NCBI GenBank assembly: GCA_034780895.1
Contig: JAUZTB010000069.1
Coordinates: forward strand, 13,293,818-13,357,817
Direction of reading: 5' to 3'
Source of the DNA: Rhynchobatus australiae
Taxonomy: Eukaryota
DNA: 64,000 bases
Below the pieces are notes generated by a model. The model saw only the letters and a program-made list of their open reading frames with translations, was not told the origin of the DNA and ran no database searches. Shown here in pieces: positions 12,485 to 26,049 of this stretch; position 1 is the first letter of the stretch; each line of letters starts with the position of its first letter. A program made the position numbers and the translations under genes.

Positions 12485-14462
12485 CTGAAATTCAATCAAT
12501 AACATTCTAGTTAAACATAGAGAAGAAACTATTGCCATGGTTGGACCAATACATATACAGCATATAAAAAGAGAAGTGAGCATTCCTCAAAAACCTTAAC
12601 CCTACAGAATGAAGGTGGTAAATGTTCTGCCAATTGCATCATTTGAACTGCATGTGGCTTTAATTTTCAAAAGGCATTTGATCCAAGTAGCAAATATCAG
12701 AATTGTTAGGAAAACTGAACACCACAGGGCTAAAGAGATAGTGGCAACATAGGTACAATATGAACAGGCAGAAAGTAGCAATGTTTTACAGATTGGAGGG
12801 AAATGTACAGTGTACAATGGGTCCAGGGTGATAACCAAGGTATTGCAATAATCCAATTCGTATATTTTGGGCACAATTTCCAAGATATGGGAGCAACTAA
12901 AACTGTCACACAGAAGTGTGAGTAATGATGTGCAGCAACACAAACTAAATGGTACNNNNNNNNNNNNNNNNNNNNNNNCAGAAAGATAGAACTTGAGAAA
13001 AATCTTATATAGGAGGTATAAAGTGAGAAAATTATGCTAACTCTAAATTCACTGGTCAGCCCCCAGTTTAAGAATCAGCCGCAATTCTGGGCTGTTTTTC
13101 TGCAGATCAATGGAAGCTAAGAATGGTGCCTCCAAACAAGAGGAAGGTGGGGAAATTTAGAGATGTTCAAAAACTTGAGTTTTGATGAAGTTATTGGAAG
13201 GCTTGTGTTAATTGGCAAAGAAGTCAGGTACTGAGCAGGAAAATTTCTATTCTTGCAGCAAGCAAAGATGGTCTTCAGTTATTTATTGCCCATTCCCAAA
13301 TCCTTGTAGTCTGTCTGGTAAAAACACTCCCACTCCTCAGCATTCCCTTCTACCTATATGCAGCTGTGCCCTCAATTCTGATTGGTTTCACGGGATGCAA
13401 ATTGAAAATTAGATGATGCATTTCTGAAAGGATGATCAAGTCAGGCTATTGTTTGGCTGAATGGATGTATTGGACAGTTCTCCCAATTCTGCCACATATT
13501 TCCCCATAAGTAGAGAAAAGGACTTTGCAGAACTGGGAATGCCTTTGCCACATCAGATACCATGATAGGTCTGATCTAATTCTTAGTTTTGCTTCGCCAC
13601 GATTTTCAAACCTCTGGCACTGATAACTGAGGAAGTTACAGGTAAATAGGAAATATCACTACAAGTTCCACTCCAAGGCATACACCATCTTGAAGTGGAT
13701 GTACATCAGTATTCCTTCATCATTGTCAAGGGCTTGAAACTCCTTACGTAACACCATTTGCACAGTGCTGTTAGGTACCATTGCCAAAGGAATGCAGCAA
13801 CTCACTGGTGGTGGTTTGTGTAGGGGCAATTAGAGATGGGTACAAAGTATTGGCCTCACCAACAATGACTTCAACAGGAGAATGATTTTTTAAAAAATTA
13901 TTAGTTCTCTGCTAAACCACTTCAGAGGGCAGCTAGGAGTCCCCTACATGTAGGGGTCAGAACAGCTTGGCAGGTTTCTTTTCCTTTTTTAAAAAAAATC
14001 TGGTAGTTCTTTATTCAGTTATGAAAATTCCCAGCTACTATCATGGGATTTGAACTCAAGTCTCTGGATCAAGTCAAAACCTCTGGATTACTAGCTCAAT
14101 AATAAAATCATACAGCTGCCATAACCAAGGTTTCAGATTGCCCAGATTGCACAAGGGGAGAACATTTCAGGGCTATGAAGGGGGGGGGGGGGGTGTGGAG
14201 TGGAATAATTGGACTGGTTTTAAAGCATGATAAGCCTCAGTCTGTGCTGCAAGATTCTACAATTTCCCTCCTGAAAGTCCTGAAAAGCCACCCATCATGA
14301 CCCTGCTTCTGTTCACATCCGTTTATCTCTTTTTTGGCTCAGCTACACACAACTTAAATAGTTTGTGTAAAAAGTGCTGTATAAATACAAGATGTTGTAT
14401 TACAAACAAACCCTTCCCTTCCTGCACTCACTTAAGTATCTCCACCCAGAGAAAAAACAAAC

Positions 14463-14936
14463 CTTTAAGTTGCTGAGATTCTTTCTGACCAGCTCCTTCT
14501 GACTTTCCTCTAAGATATTAATGTTTCTCNNNNNNNNNNNNNNNNNNNNNNNNNNNNNNNNNNNNNNNNNNNNNNNNNNNNNNNNNNNNNNNNNNNNNNN
14601 NNNNNNNNNNNNNNNNNNNNNNNNNNNNNNNNNNNNNNNNNNNNNNNNNNNNNNNNNNNNNNNNNNNNNNNNNNNNNNNNNNNNNNNNNNNNNNNNNNNN
14701 NNNNNNNNNNNNNNNNNNNNNNNNNNNNNNNNNNNNNNNNNNNNNNNNNNTCCATTTTCAGTTCATCATTCTCTTTGATTATTTTCATGCTTTTATCCGA
14801 CATCTTTCCCAGCTGGTTGCTAATGGATACATTTTCACGTATGGCTCTTTTTGTCGTTTCTGCCACTTGTTTCTTTGAAATACGACGGAACTCTGCAGCC
14901 ACAGCATTCACCCGTGTAATCATCTCCTTCTTTAAT
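14463..14936 (-). CDS. CFAP157: CFAP157 coding exon 4, interrupted by an assembly gap at 14530-14750 (RLKKEMITRVNAVAAEFR...KENDELKM / RNINILEESQKELVRKNLSNLK)
   Basis: Acceptor tcctttag|A; ETTKRAIREN motif; coding sequence resumes after the N run and ends at donor AAG|GTTTGT. Confidence 0.85.
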
Positions 14937-14984
14937 CTAAAGGAATAATGCAATCGGTGACAGATACAGTCAATCCACTTTCTG

Positions 14985-15165
14985 CAGATCCTTGTTATGG
15001 CCTTGCACCTTATTATCTGCCTGCACTGCATTTTCTCTACAAAACTTTATTCTGCATTCTGTTATCATTTTCCCTTGTACTACCTCATTGCACTGTTGTA
15101 ATGAAATGATCTGTATGGATGCCATGCAAAACAAATTTTTTTTTATTGTACCTCAGTACATGGAA
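14985..15165 (+). mobile_element. Rex1-type LINE 3'UTR fragment; similar pieces at 38650-38825 (+) and 60730-60945 (-)
   Basis: ttgcaccttatt..tgcactgcattttctct..ttttttattgtacctcagtacatg. Confidence 0.6.
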
Positions 15166-15789
15166 AAAAAAACATTTTCCCCACTGTCCAGTAACTCATT
15201 GATACACATCTGAATATTGGGAAAGTATAGGACCAGTTTTAACTGTATTGGTTTGCTTTACCTGCCCCATCATTTCCTTCTCTACTATAAAATCTTTTAT
15301 TTTTCAATCTTTTGATTAATTTTCAAATTAGTACAAAATAATATCACATTAGTAATTATACATATGGTGTAAACAGATCATAACAGTTAATATATATAAA
15401 ATCACAAGGAATAAAAAAAGTAATCTACACCTCCTGTTCTCTTATTAAGTAAACAAATACAAAAGGAAAGATTGAAAAGAAATAAAGTTTAATTATATGA
15501 AAGAACTACTATAAAATCTTTCACACTCAAATGTAATGCAATGGTTTTGTAGAGACAAAACTGTTCCAATTGGCAGGCAATGTATACATATTCACACTTT
15601 GCTGAAATTAAACTATTTAGTTGTGTTCTTCTGCAATGCCTGTGCATCCAAAATTAACATTAAGCACTTTGATCATGCACATGAAGACATTCAATTGGTT
15701 TAAAGTCTCCTTGGCAAATATTGACTAATTAGTTACAGCAAAGGGCTATACACATGCAACATGAAATAAATGAATGCAAAAGATTTTGT

Positions 15790-16050
15790 CAGGCGGCATT
15801 CTGTGATAAGAGAAAGAGTCAATATTTCAGGTCTGCGATCCTTCATCAGTTGCTGCACATCCTGTTGAGTTTTTCCAGTATTTTCTGTTTTTATTATAGA
15901 TTTCCAGTNNNNNNNNNNNNNNNNNNNNNNNNNNNNNNNNNNNNNNNNNNNNNNNNNNNNNNNNNNNNNNNNNNNNNNNNNNNNNNNNNNNNNNNNNNNN
16001 NNNNNNNNTGTTTTTATTATAGATTTCCAGTATCTACAGTTTTAATTTTT
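15790..16050. repeat. Older Penelope-end fold-back family; minus-strand hammerhead-like core at 15815-15852
   Basis: Reverse complement reads CTGATGA AGG atcgcaga CCT GAAA; arm ttccagtattttctgttttatt..gatttccagtatctacag. Confidence 0.6.
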
Positions 16051-16681
16051 GTGTATGCAAAATGCTACGGCAAGTTTCTTCAGACCGTTAGCAGTCAATC
16101 CAGCAATGTTTGGAGGTACTGGGGCTGTGCAAGACTGCACTGGCACTGATCAAATTTGACAACGATCCAATTTCCAGATCAATGCTTTGGTATAATCATG
16201 GAAAACTCAAGGCAATACAAAAGGAATATCCAGGAATTGCATGCAAACTATTTTAATTTGCCTCAAACTAAGCAAACTGGAAACATAAACCTAAAGTTCA
16301 GGCAACCAGTCACAGTATAAATTGATCTCACATTAGGCAAAGAAAAGATTTATCTGAACAACAACTTCATACATCACCCTGCCACCACACAAGTTTATTG
16401 CCCATTTATGAATGTTGCCTGACAAAATCTTATGCATTCAATATAGATGAGAAGTGTTACAATTTGCTTCAACTTACTATGCCATTGAGAAGCAAGACAT
16501 TAGTTAGTGTTCTCATTCCTAGTGCCTGATGGCAAGTGTCTAAATGCTAAAGGCCAATACCCAATTAAATGCAATATCACACAATCAATAGGCTGTCACC
16601 ATTCTGTTTGTGCCTGAATACACTGTGCTACTTTGTGTAGCTTGCAGAGGTTTCCAGATAACCGGGGGATGAAAGTTTTTA

Positions 16682-16924
<243 letters not shown>

Positions 16925-17959
16925 TTAAGAAACTGCTTCAAGTCCATTTTCCAATATTCTTGCAGTATAAAAGCTTTGATGTGGATCCTCTAGGTAAAAA
17001 ACAACTTCCCTGTAGAACCGTCACTACTTTTTACACTCCTTTGCCCAAATGTTGGGGCAGATTGCTCATCTGCCATTTTGACTGGGACTGGCGCAGCTAG
17101 CGACTGTAGAACTAGGGAACATTAATATTAGGGCATGGGTTACAGGTTTTACTATCCAGGATGGAGACAGGGAGAAAATTCTTAAAATTTTTTTTGATGC
17201 AAAGGGTTGTAAAAATTGAAATTCTCTACCACATTAGGCTGTGGATGCTCAGTCACTACATAATACTCATATTGATGTTATTTGTGAACAACTAACTTGA
17301 GGGCTGTGTGTGGCCGGGGGTGGTTAAAGAACAGACACACAGGAACTGAGACACAGCACTCAGCCATGATCTTACTAAATGATAGAGCAAGCTCAAGGGG
17401 CCAAATGACCTGCTTCTATTTCTTATGTTCTTACAATAAGAAATTCCAAATTTCTAAGGAGATAGAACAAGTCACAAGTACTTATCCTTAGCTCTTTCTT
17501 ATATAGCCTGAATCACATACTGTAGGTTCCACAAATTTCGAAAGCAGAAACCTAGAGTATTGATATCTGGTCGAGTTTACATGCACACCAATTCTATTGT
17601 GGAAGTTATGCTTTTGATACACCATATTGGATCCTTGCCTCCTATTCTGTCCTTGGTGACTAATATTAAAGGTACTTTAAGATAATTATTAACTGTCCAG
17701 AATTTGGGAGAAATAATCAATATTGACAGATTGCTCTACTATATTAAAAACAATTGCGATCAATCCCATCCTCGTACAACATTCAAGTACAGCTTTAGTG
17801 AACATTGTTCACCAAAGATGTTAAGCCATCTTTTATTTTCATTTAAATTAAACAGGCCTACTCTGTTTTTATTTGTACCCATTTACAATAAAAACTTCCA
17901 TTTATACAACATTTTTAACATGGCATCTTGAGAGTTTTGCTTCAGGATAGGATATTGGT

Positions 17960-18570
17960 CAGTAGAAGTACACATTTAGGGATGTGAGGAGGTGGAGGGG
18001 TTTAGACAGGAAAAATCTAGGACATGAGTTCAGGGAGAAGACCATTCTGGTCAGGGTTGAAGGAACACAGAGTCTGGAGAAAAAGAGGTCAGGGTAGTTG
18101 TTCAAATAGCAGGAGAGACAGGAATGTGGAGCTCTGGGGAGCACGTGTAGTTAGGGAGAAGCAATGGAAGGGGTTTTTAAAAGTTTGTGTTATTGGGAAC
18201 AGGATGAGGTAAAGATATAGAGGCTATGTGAGGATAATAAATAATAGTCAAGTCTAAAGATGGAAAGAGGCATGATGGAGAAATTTAAAGTGGCAAAAGA
18301 CTGGAGTGCAAAGAAGGTAGAGATGAGGCAATAACATGAAACAGATGAACTATGCATATTGTTTGGTGATAAGAATTTTGAAAGATGGCAAGGAGCCCTG
18401 AGGAAAGAGAAACGTCTGCAATGTCAACTAGCATGGTTGGGGGCGGAAAGAAGAGATAAAAGAGAGAATTTGGGCAAATATTAGTGACACTGGCAAGGGA
18501 CCAAGGTGTAAGAGGTACAGTTCTTTCCAAGTTAGATCTTTGGTCAATGACCTAATATAGGGACTCTGGC
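17960..18570 (-). mobile_element. Probable old L2 LINE remnant
   Basis: Purine-rich plus strand typical of antisense L2; motifs weak. Confidence 0.4.
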
Positions 18571-18903
18571 TGATTTCTTTAAAATACATGTCAGTGATCA
18601 CAAGAAAACTTTAGCTGATTCCTTTCCACAGACTGAAAGTATTAATGTCATTTTCCCTTCCCTACTAATCGAAGCCAGGTCAGAAACAAGATTGGTTAGG
18701 AATAAAAGTGAGACCTTTAACTTAGTACCACCTAGTACAATGCATAAAACTTTACAGAAAAAGTACAAGATGGGCAAGAGCTTTTCATTCAGGTGGCAAT
18801 TATTTTCATAATTGCAATAACAAAAATATTCTCTACATTCCTGAAAACATCCACAAATGTTTATTTTTTTAAACATTAAAACAAATCTCCTTATTTTTTG
18901 TAC

Positions 18904-19175
18904 CTAAAATCATGTTCTCTGATGTGAGCTGATCCTTAGTTTCCTGAAAATCTTGGCACAACTGTGACAGCTGGGATTCATAGGTTTGTTTCTCATTTTC
19001 CTTGGCTTGTACCAAATCATCTACCTTGTCATTCAGATCAGCAATTTCATCAATTCTCTGATTCAGGCCCTTCTTCAGATAGGCAATAACATCTTGCAAA
19101 TCTTTGCTAAATTGTTCATGCTTCTCATCAGAATCAGTCTTTGTCACTTCCAGTTCATCCAGTCTCCGTTGGTAC
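18904..19175 (-). CDS. CFAP157: CFAP157 coding exon 2 (YQRRLDELEV...KDQLTSENMIL)
   Basis: Acceptor ttaag|G and donor G|GTACAA; 272 nt; coiled-coil sequence; in phase with exons 1 and 3. Confidence 0.93.
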
Positions 19176-20359
19176 CTTAACAATATCACATTAATGTGCA
19201 TTATTAAAATAGATAGGAAGAATGCATATTATATATTTCTAGTAAGCTTTATTGAATGTATTATTTAGAAATATTTAAAGGACTTTAATTTCCTGGTATA
19301 CAGAAGTATTGTGATAATTACAGCAGAACCATTTGTCCTACAATATGGATACTGTTGGAACTATTAACCTCTGGTTTACATGAATTTCCCTTGTGAACTG
19401 ATTTATGCAGGGGTATAGTTGCATTGGTGCAAATCAATACCTACTGGTCTTTCGGACTAATGGCTTCAGGAGGTTAGACAATAAGCATTAGTGAGCATTA
19501 ATATTAGTGAACACTACATCCAAGGCTGGCTTCCACCCAACACCCACACACTTACAGCATCCAGCATAAGGCACTGTGTGTCACTGCACAGAGTGGAAAT
19601 TGATCCAAATATTTTCCAGATCACAACGTGCTGTGGTCAACCAAGGGCAATCAACTAAAACCTGCTAGATCAGCAGAGTTTGTCATCAGAGCAAAGTCTT
19701 TATACTTTAACAGCTGGTCAGCTTCCTGTTTAGAGTGCATAAACACCCACCGCTAACAAAACAAACATAAATAATAACTTTAGCATAACTGTTTATGATA
19801 GATTCTATACTTACAGACCTTAAGTCAAAGCATCAAAAGGAATTGAAGTTAGATTCACAGCATCGAGATGTGGTCACTCCAGTCTGCCCTGCACTTCCCC
19901 AACTACACTGATATCTAAACATCCTGTAATCTTTGAAGACTGGCAGCAGCCATGGAGAAAAACCAAAGCTGCCTGACCTGTGGACTGTTTCCAGCATTTT
20001 CTGTCTGCATTTCAGATTTACAACATCTACTGTTAGGATGAAAATCAAAAAAAAAGATCTTCCATTATTTAAACCACCAATCCCATTTGAAGGATCCATA
20101 TCAGATGGGGGTGGAGAGGTGGGTGTGTGAAAGTACAAAAATATCTGTACTTTCAAAAGTACAGATCTGTACATCAAAAAGATCTGTCTGGAGATGTGAG
20201 TTAGATGATTAAAAACACAGGGAAAAGGTCAACCAACACTGCTGAAACTGTAGAATGCACAGTGGAGAAGTGACACACCGCAGATGCTCGAAATCTGAAA
20301 TAAAAACAGAACACTGGAAATGCTCACCATCTCATACAGCATCCGTGGACAGAGAAAAG

Positions 20360-20760
20360 CTGTAATGTGTCATTAGAAGATGAGATGCTGTTCCTCAAGC
20401 TTTTATGTTGGAACACTGTAAAAGGCCAACAACAGACATATCAGACTGTGTGTTTGTGCGTAAGGAAGAACTAAAGTGATAGATAACTGAAAACTTAGCG
20501 TTACCCTTGCTAACAGAATGGAAGTGTTCTGCCAGGTAGTCATCCAATCTGCTTTTGGTTTTTCCACTGCAGAGGAGCATCAAACAAGAAGAGGCATAAG
20601 TGATCCCCATTTCATCTGGAAGTGGTATTTACGCCCCTGGAAAGAGCAAATATCCAGATGTTGATTCTCTGCCAAATGCATGTGTAGGTACAATGAGAAG
20701 GGGAGTGGGTATTGGCAAGGAAATAGTCCCTTCAAATCTGAAGGTGGGGGGGGGAAAGAG
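20360..20760 (-). mobile_element. Penelope-like element GIY-YIG / C-terminal remnant
   Basis: Translation G.TK.RL.D..AEH..SV......V..HF.S......DMSV.GLL.C followed by KLEEQHLIF, matching the PLE endonuclease end. Confidence 0.8.
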
Positions 20761-20806
20761 AAGAAAAGAGAAACAGAGGAAGTCTGCTGGTGGAAATTCA
20801 AAGGGA

Positions 20807-20970
20807 GATACAAGAGACAGCAGATGCTGGAATCCGGAGCAACAAAATCTGCTGGAGGAACTCAGCAGGTCAAGCAGCAAGTGTGGGACCTGTCCTGATG
20901 CAGGGTCTCCAACCAAAACATTGACAACTCCTTTCTCCTGCAACCACCCCCCACCCAACAGATGCTCTGG
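20807..20970. repeat. Penelope-end fold-back element, internally deleted
   Basis: gatacaagagacagcagatgctggaatc...ctgctggaggaactcagc arm plus tgtcCTGATGCAgggt..acc aaaac..gaca. Confidence 0.7.
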
Positions 20971-21244
20971 CAATTCAAAGGATGATCTGTTGAATTCTGG
21001 GGGTTGGAAGGCAAGGTCAAGGGAAATTCTATCCCTGTTATTTGGGATGGGATGAGGGAAAACAGAAGCAAAAATATGGGAGGCAGCAGATGCCATTGAG
21101 AGCCAGAATAGGCCTGATTGAGCCAGAGAAACTTGGGGGGGTGGGGGGGAGGGGAAAGGAAGGAGAAAATAGAGTACCTACAGGAAGCAAGATAGGAAGC
21201 TTTGCAGGACATGCCCATTTAATGGGCAAGGATAAATCTGAGAC

Positions 21245-21430
21245 AACTGTCACCTGTCGGAGTAGGATTTCCCATCCTACTCTGACACCTTCGTCTTTAG
21301 CCCCTTGGTGTTCCAGTGCCCAATGTTAGCTCAAGGGACAGCATCTCATCTTCCGGATTGGCATATTATTGCCCTTATCATCCAACAATGAATTCAACAA
21401 TATCAAATAATCAGCCTTTTGAATTTGCAC
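21245..21430 (+). mobile_element. Penelope-like element C-terminal remnant, opposite orientation
   Basis: cagcatctcatcttccggattggc...aatgaattcaacaat corresponds to QHLIFRLG...NEFNN. Confidence 0.7.
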
Positions 21431-22389
21431 AAGAACTGGCCAGTTCTGATAAAACATTTCTTAATATCAACCTAAAGTTTTTACTCTTACCATTCAACTC
21501 CCTATCTCCATCCCTAACTTGAGTAAATTAATGTTCATTATCCTATATTAGGATCACCTCAAACATTTCCGCATAAGTAAAACAATCTTAACTAGAAAGT
21601 CAACATAACCATTGAACAGCTGGTTTAAGTTCCTGCATAGCCAATTCTACCTTTTAAGAAGCTACTGCATTCCCCAAAAGATTAACATGCTGACCCGAAG
21701 GGCTGCAATTTCAGTCACTGGTCAATGAGGGATTAAATAATCTCATCCTGGAGAGCAATAAGGGTCACAATATTTTTATTTTTGCCACAAGTTAAAATTC
21801 AGTAAATTTCAACATATACTGTACAAGCTATATATATTCATGAGGCAGAAGAGAATGGGAGGATTTTCTTTGTTTCAATGCAGCGTGTGAGAAGAGACTT
21901 GTATGGAACATAGGAAAACAAATCAAACTGCAGGTGCTGGAATCTGAAACGGAAATGCTGGAAGAACTTAGCCAGTCAAGCAGACTCTCACCCTGCCTCC
22001 NNNNNNNNNNNNNNNNNNNNNNNNNNNNNNNNNNNNNNNNNNNNNNNNNNNNNNNNNNNNNNNNNNNNNNNNNNNNNNNNNNNNNNNNNNNNNNNNNNNN
22101 GTACAAGCTATATATATGGATATTACATTAAATCACACTAACTGAGTTAAACCGTTTGAATATTCACTCCCACACACACACTTTTGAAGTATAGGTTTTT
22201 CTGTATATTGACACAAAGTAGTTAAAATTTTGCTGTAATGTCTCCATTTGGTGTTCATGGTTTAGTAGAAAGGCACCTTGTACAGCAAATTTTTTTCCTC
22301 TATATTCAATAATATGCATCTTAAATAGGAAGTACAATGCACGATGCAAACCCACAACCTTCTGCATTTCTACAGTATCCAGTTGCAAA

Positions 22390-22640
22390 TAGTGGTGAAC
22401 TGCTAAGGAATGAAATGGGAGGAGGTAGCTTTATGGACACCTGACCTCAAAGACGGCAGAGCCTAGTATGAAGGCCAAGACTGAAGCAGTCACAACCATA
22501 TTCAGCCAGAAATGCTGAGAGAATGATCCCTCATCCTCTAAGGTCCCAGCATTACTGAAGCCACTCTTCTTAATATTTGATTCATTCCTTATCATATCAA
22601 AAGTCATTGAACACAGTGATACGCCAACTATTATTGCCTC
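22390..22640 (+). mobile_element. CR1-group LINE fragment
   Basis: K.EA..TIFSQKC...DP...VPSIT.A remnant, same family as 6480-8725. Confidence 0.6.
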
Positions 22641-24324
22641 TGACAACAATGCAAATGTAGCGTTGAAACTATGCATTTAGCTAAGCTCAGTACATTTACT
22701 CCTGATAAGCTACAATACTAGCACCTACCAAATAAAGTACAAAATTGCAGTAATGTTATAGCCACAAAAAAGGTANNNNNNNNNNNNNNNNNNNNNNNNN
22801 NNNNNNNNNNNNNNNNNNNNNNNNNNNNNNNNNNNNNNNNNNNNNNNNNNNNNNNNNNNNNNNNNNNNNNNNNNNACACCCAATAATCCCTACATTCAAT
22901 CAGCTGCAAAATTATGTTAGTGTTATTGTCAATGCTACACCAATAACCAGGTGGATCAGACCACATTCCTTCTAGTCTCTGTACACCTCTAACTCTATGT
23001 TCCTCCCACTTCTGTCTGCTGTGCAAATTCCCTCACCTTCATTTCATCATTGACGGATGGATTTTAAAACCCTCCAACTTTCCTGTTTTATGAGCTTACC
23101 TTGACCACATCTTTGTTATACACCTCTGAAATATTTCAGTTAAAAAGTACTATAATCAATGCAACTTGTGGTTGACAAAGCATAACTTTAACCTTATAGA
23201 AAGAACCTGTACTTATATTTTATATTTAAATAGCAAAACGTCCCAAGAGAGTTCATAGAAGCATCATCAAATAAGTAGTAAAATACAGAGGCCCAGAAGG
23301 AAATTACAATAAATGGATTATTTATGATGTGATCTGTTCATTGTGCAATTTACCCAACCATTATAGATTATATATTAAAGGGTATAAGAGTACTTCCTTG
23401 TACAGTATGTTAACACTTTATACTAGTGTTATGGTAGAGATGATTTACTCATTACATAACACATTAGTATGTACTGCATGCTATAATATGTAACGATTGT
23501 TCAATGAATAACACACACAATATATACACAGGAGCAGATGCTGCAATTTTTCAATGTATTCAGTTGACCATTCATTATACAGTATTTAACCAGCTATTGA
23601 ATACATTTAGTATACTTATTGTGGCATTTCTTTATGCAGTATGTTTTCCACATACATCTCAGTGTGAGACAGTTTCATACTGCTCCTTATAAAGAATTTG
23701 CATTTGTGTATATTCGTACCAGGATAATTGCAATCATTATATACAATATTTCTATTGCTGTAGTCTGCTCTTTAGAGCACTCACATGTGCTGCAAGTATA
23801 TATTTCTCTGTGCTACAGCTATATCCTCTGCTCTTCATAAAGTATATTTGCATTCCTTTCTTGCATTCCCTGTCCACATTCCAGTGCTACAGATGTAGTC
23901 TTCTTTCTAAGAAAATGTACTTGGCACATCATGGAAAGTATAGTAAAGTGCACATCTATTGTTTTTTACTCTTTATATAATAAATTTGCATTAGTGTCTG
24001 TGGCTCCACTGTTACAATTAAGTTTATATTATTTTTCTATTCTGTCTACTTCTCATTTACATTTGCTATTTTCTTGCAGTATTTAATGTAAAAACCTTAG
24101 TTACAGTTGCCTTTTCTACTGCATATTTGCAACCTGTCAATTTCCTGCTGTTACATATAGTATTCTCTGGACTCTTGATACTGGGATTCCTCAATTTAGA
24201 AGAGGGTTGCATTTCTGAAAAAAAAACTTGTGAAAAATTTGCAAACAACAAGAACGCTTTTCCCATTAGCTTAAATGCAAAACCTCAAAACTGAGTCTGA
24301 AAGCTCAAGAATTTTAGTCAAAAC

Positions 24325-24680
24325 AATGGAGGGGCAATAGATAGGGTGAATGTACAGTCTCCCCCCCCCAGTGTTGTGGAATCAAGAGCTAGAGAGCATC
24401 GGTTTAAGGTGAGAGAAAAAAAAATTAATAGGAACCAGAGAGGGGCAACTTTTTTCACACAGAGGGTGGTATGTATATGGAATGAGCTGCCAGAGGTAGC
24501 ATTGAGGCAGTTACAATAACAACATTTAAAAAGATATTTGGACAGGTAAATGGACAGGAAAGGTCTGGAGAGATATGGGTCAAATACAGGCAAATGGGAC
24601 CAGCTTAGGTGAGAATGTTGGTTGGCATAGATGATTTGGGCCTAAGGGCCTGTTTCCATGCTACATGGCGATGACTCTAC
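24325..24680 (+). mobile_element. CR1 LINE 3' fragment
   Basis: ctagagagcatcggtttaaggtgaga...cacagagggtggt...aagggcctgtttccatgct tail. Confidence 0.85.
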
Positions 24681-24799
24681 AACCCAAGCTCATTAATATA
24701 CATCAATTAAAGTATCTGAAGCAATAAAACAAGAAAATATCCTTTTTTAAATATTAGTTTATTGTCCCTTTCAGTGTACTCACCAACTGAAACATGCAA

Positions 24800-25860
24800 A
24801 GATCTTGAGGGCATTTGATAAGGTTTGATATGAAGAGGTTGTGTCCTCTTGGAGGATCTAGAGCCAGCGGTCATCATCTCAAAATAAGGGCTAGCCCATT
24901 TAAAACAAAAATGTATTTCCAGCAACCCCCCCACCTCTCAGAGCCTCAAGTCTTTGGAATTCTCTCCCTCAGAGACTGGCAGAAGCAGAATCTTTGAATA
25001 TTTTAATGGCAGAGATGGACAGATTCTTGGTCAGCAAAGGGGAGAGGAGGATGTTAAGAGGCTTCAAGGCAAATCGTATAGATTGAACAAATTGAAAACA
25101 TGCTATGCAGTAAACATGGATAAATAGGTTACCCAGCAGTATGAAAAACAGAATGATGGCATTTTACCCAATACACGTTAGATTGGGAAGCGTTGATGTA
25201 GGAAGAGACTTGGTGTTTTAATGCACCAGTCACTGAAAGCAGATGTGCAGTGCAACAAGCTGTTAAAGGCAGCAAGTGTTACATAATTTCATAGCAAGAT
25301 GATTTGAATACAGGAGTTTACTGCAATAACGCAGGGCCTTGCTAATGACCACACAGAATGCTGCGCACCATTTTGATTTCCTAAACCAAGGATATACTTG
25401 CCATAATGGGAGTGTAACAAAGGTTCATCAAATTGATTCCTGGGATGGAAGGCCAACGTACAATTCACTTGAGCCAAGAAGAATGAAAGGGGATCTAACT
25501 GAAACTTACAAAATAATGAGGGATAGACAGACTGGATATGGAGAGGAGGCCAGCCATGGCTGGGGTGTCTAGAACAAGGGTTATGATATTGGGTTTCAGG
25601 GCAAGAGATTTAGGACCAAGATAACTAGTAATTTCTTCATGCAAGAAAGAGGTGCGGAGAAGGGAGGTTTGAACTTGTGGAATTCCCCACCAGGGCATTT
25701 GAAGACAGACACTGAACGTATTTAAGACAAAAGGAATCAAGGGATTGAGTGCAGGAATACAGTATTGAGCCAGATGATCAGCTCTGATTGTACTGAATGG
25801 TGGAGCACTCTCCTCAGGCTGATCAAACTATTCCTGTTCCTATTTTCCATGTTTCTACAT
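24800..25860 (+). mobile_element. Older CR1 LINE 3' fragments
   Basis: SLE.RRM.GDL.ETYKI and RTRG motifs. Confidence 0.7.
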
Positions 25861-26049
25861 TACCAATGAGCAAGGAGGAATGTAGAATTGAAGTTGTGAT
25901 CAGATCAGCCATAATCTTATTAAAAGGCAAGACAATCTTGAGGGTTTGTTCCTTCTGCCAAATCAATAAGTACAAACAGGATTTAATTTGATGAAGTTCC
26001 TTATAGTAAAACACTGCATATTCTAACAGTCACATTAAGTGCTGCACTC

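Noticed and set aside
15886-16031. Identical direct repeats flanking 100-N gaps (also 32336-32487 and 37338-37461)
   Set aside because: Identical sequence immediately on both sides of fixed-size gaps indicates overlapping contig ends, not biological repeats or a CRISPR-like array.
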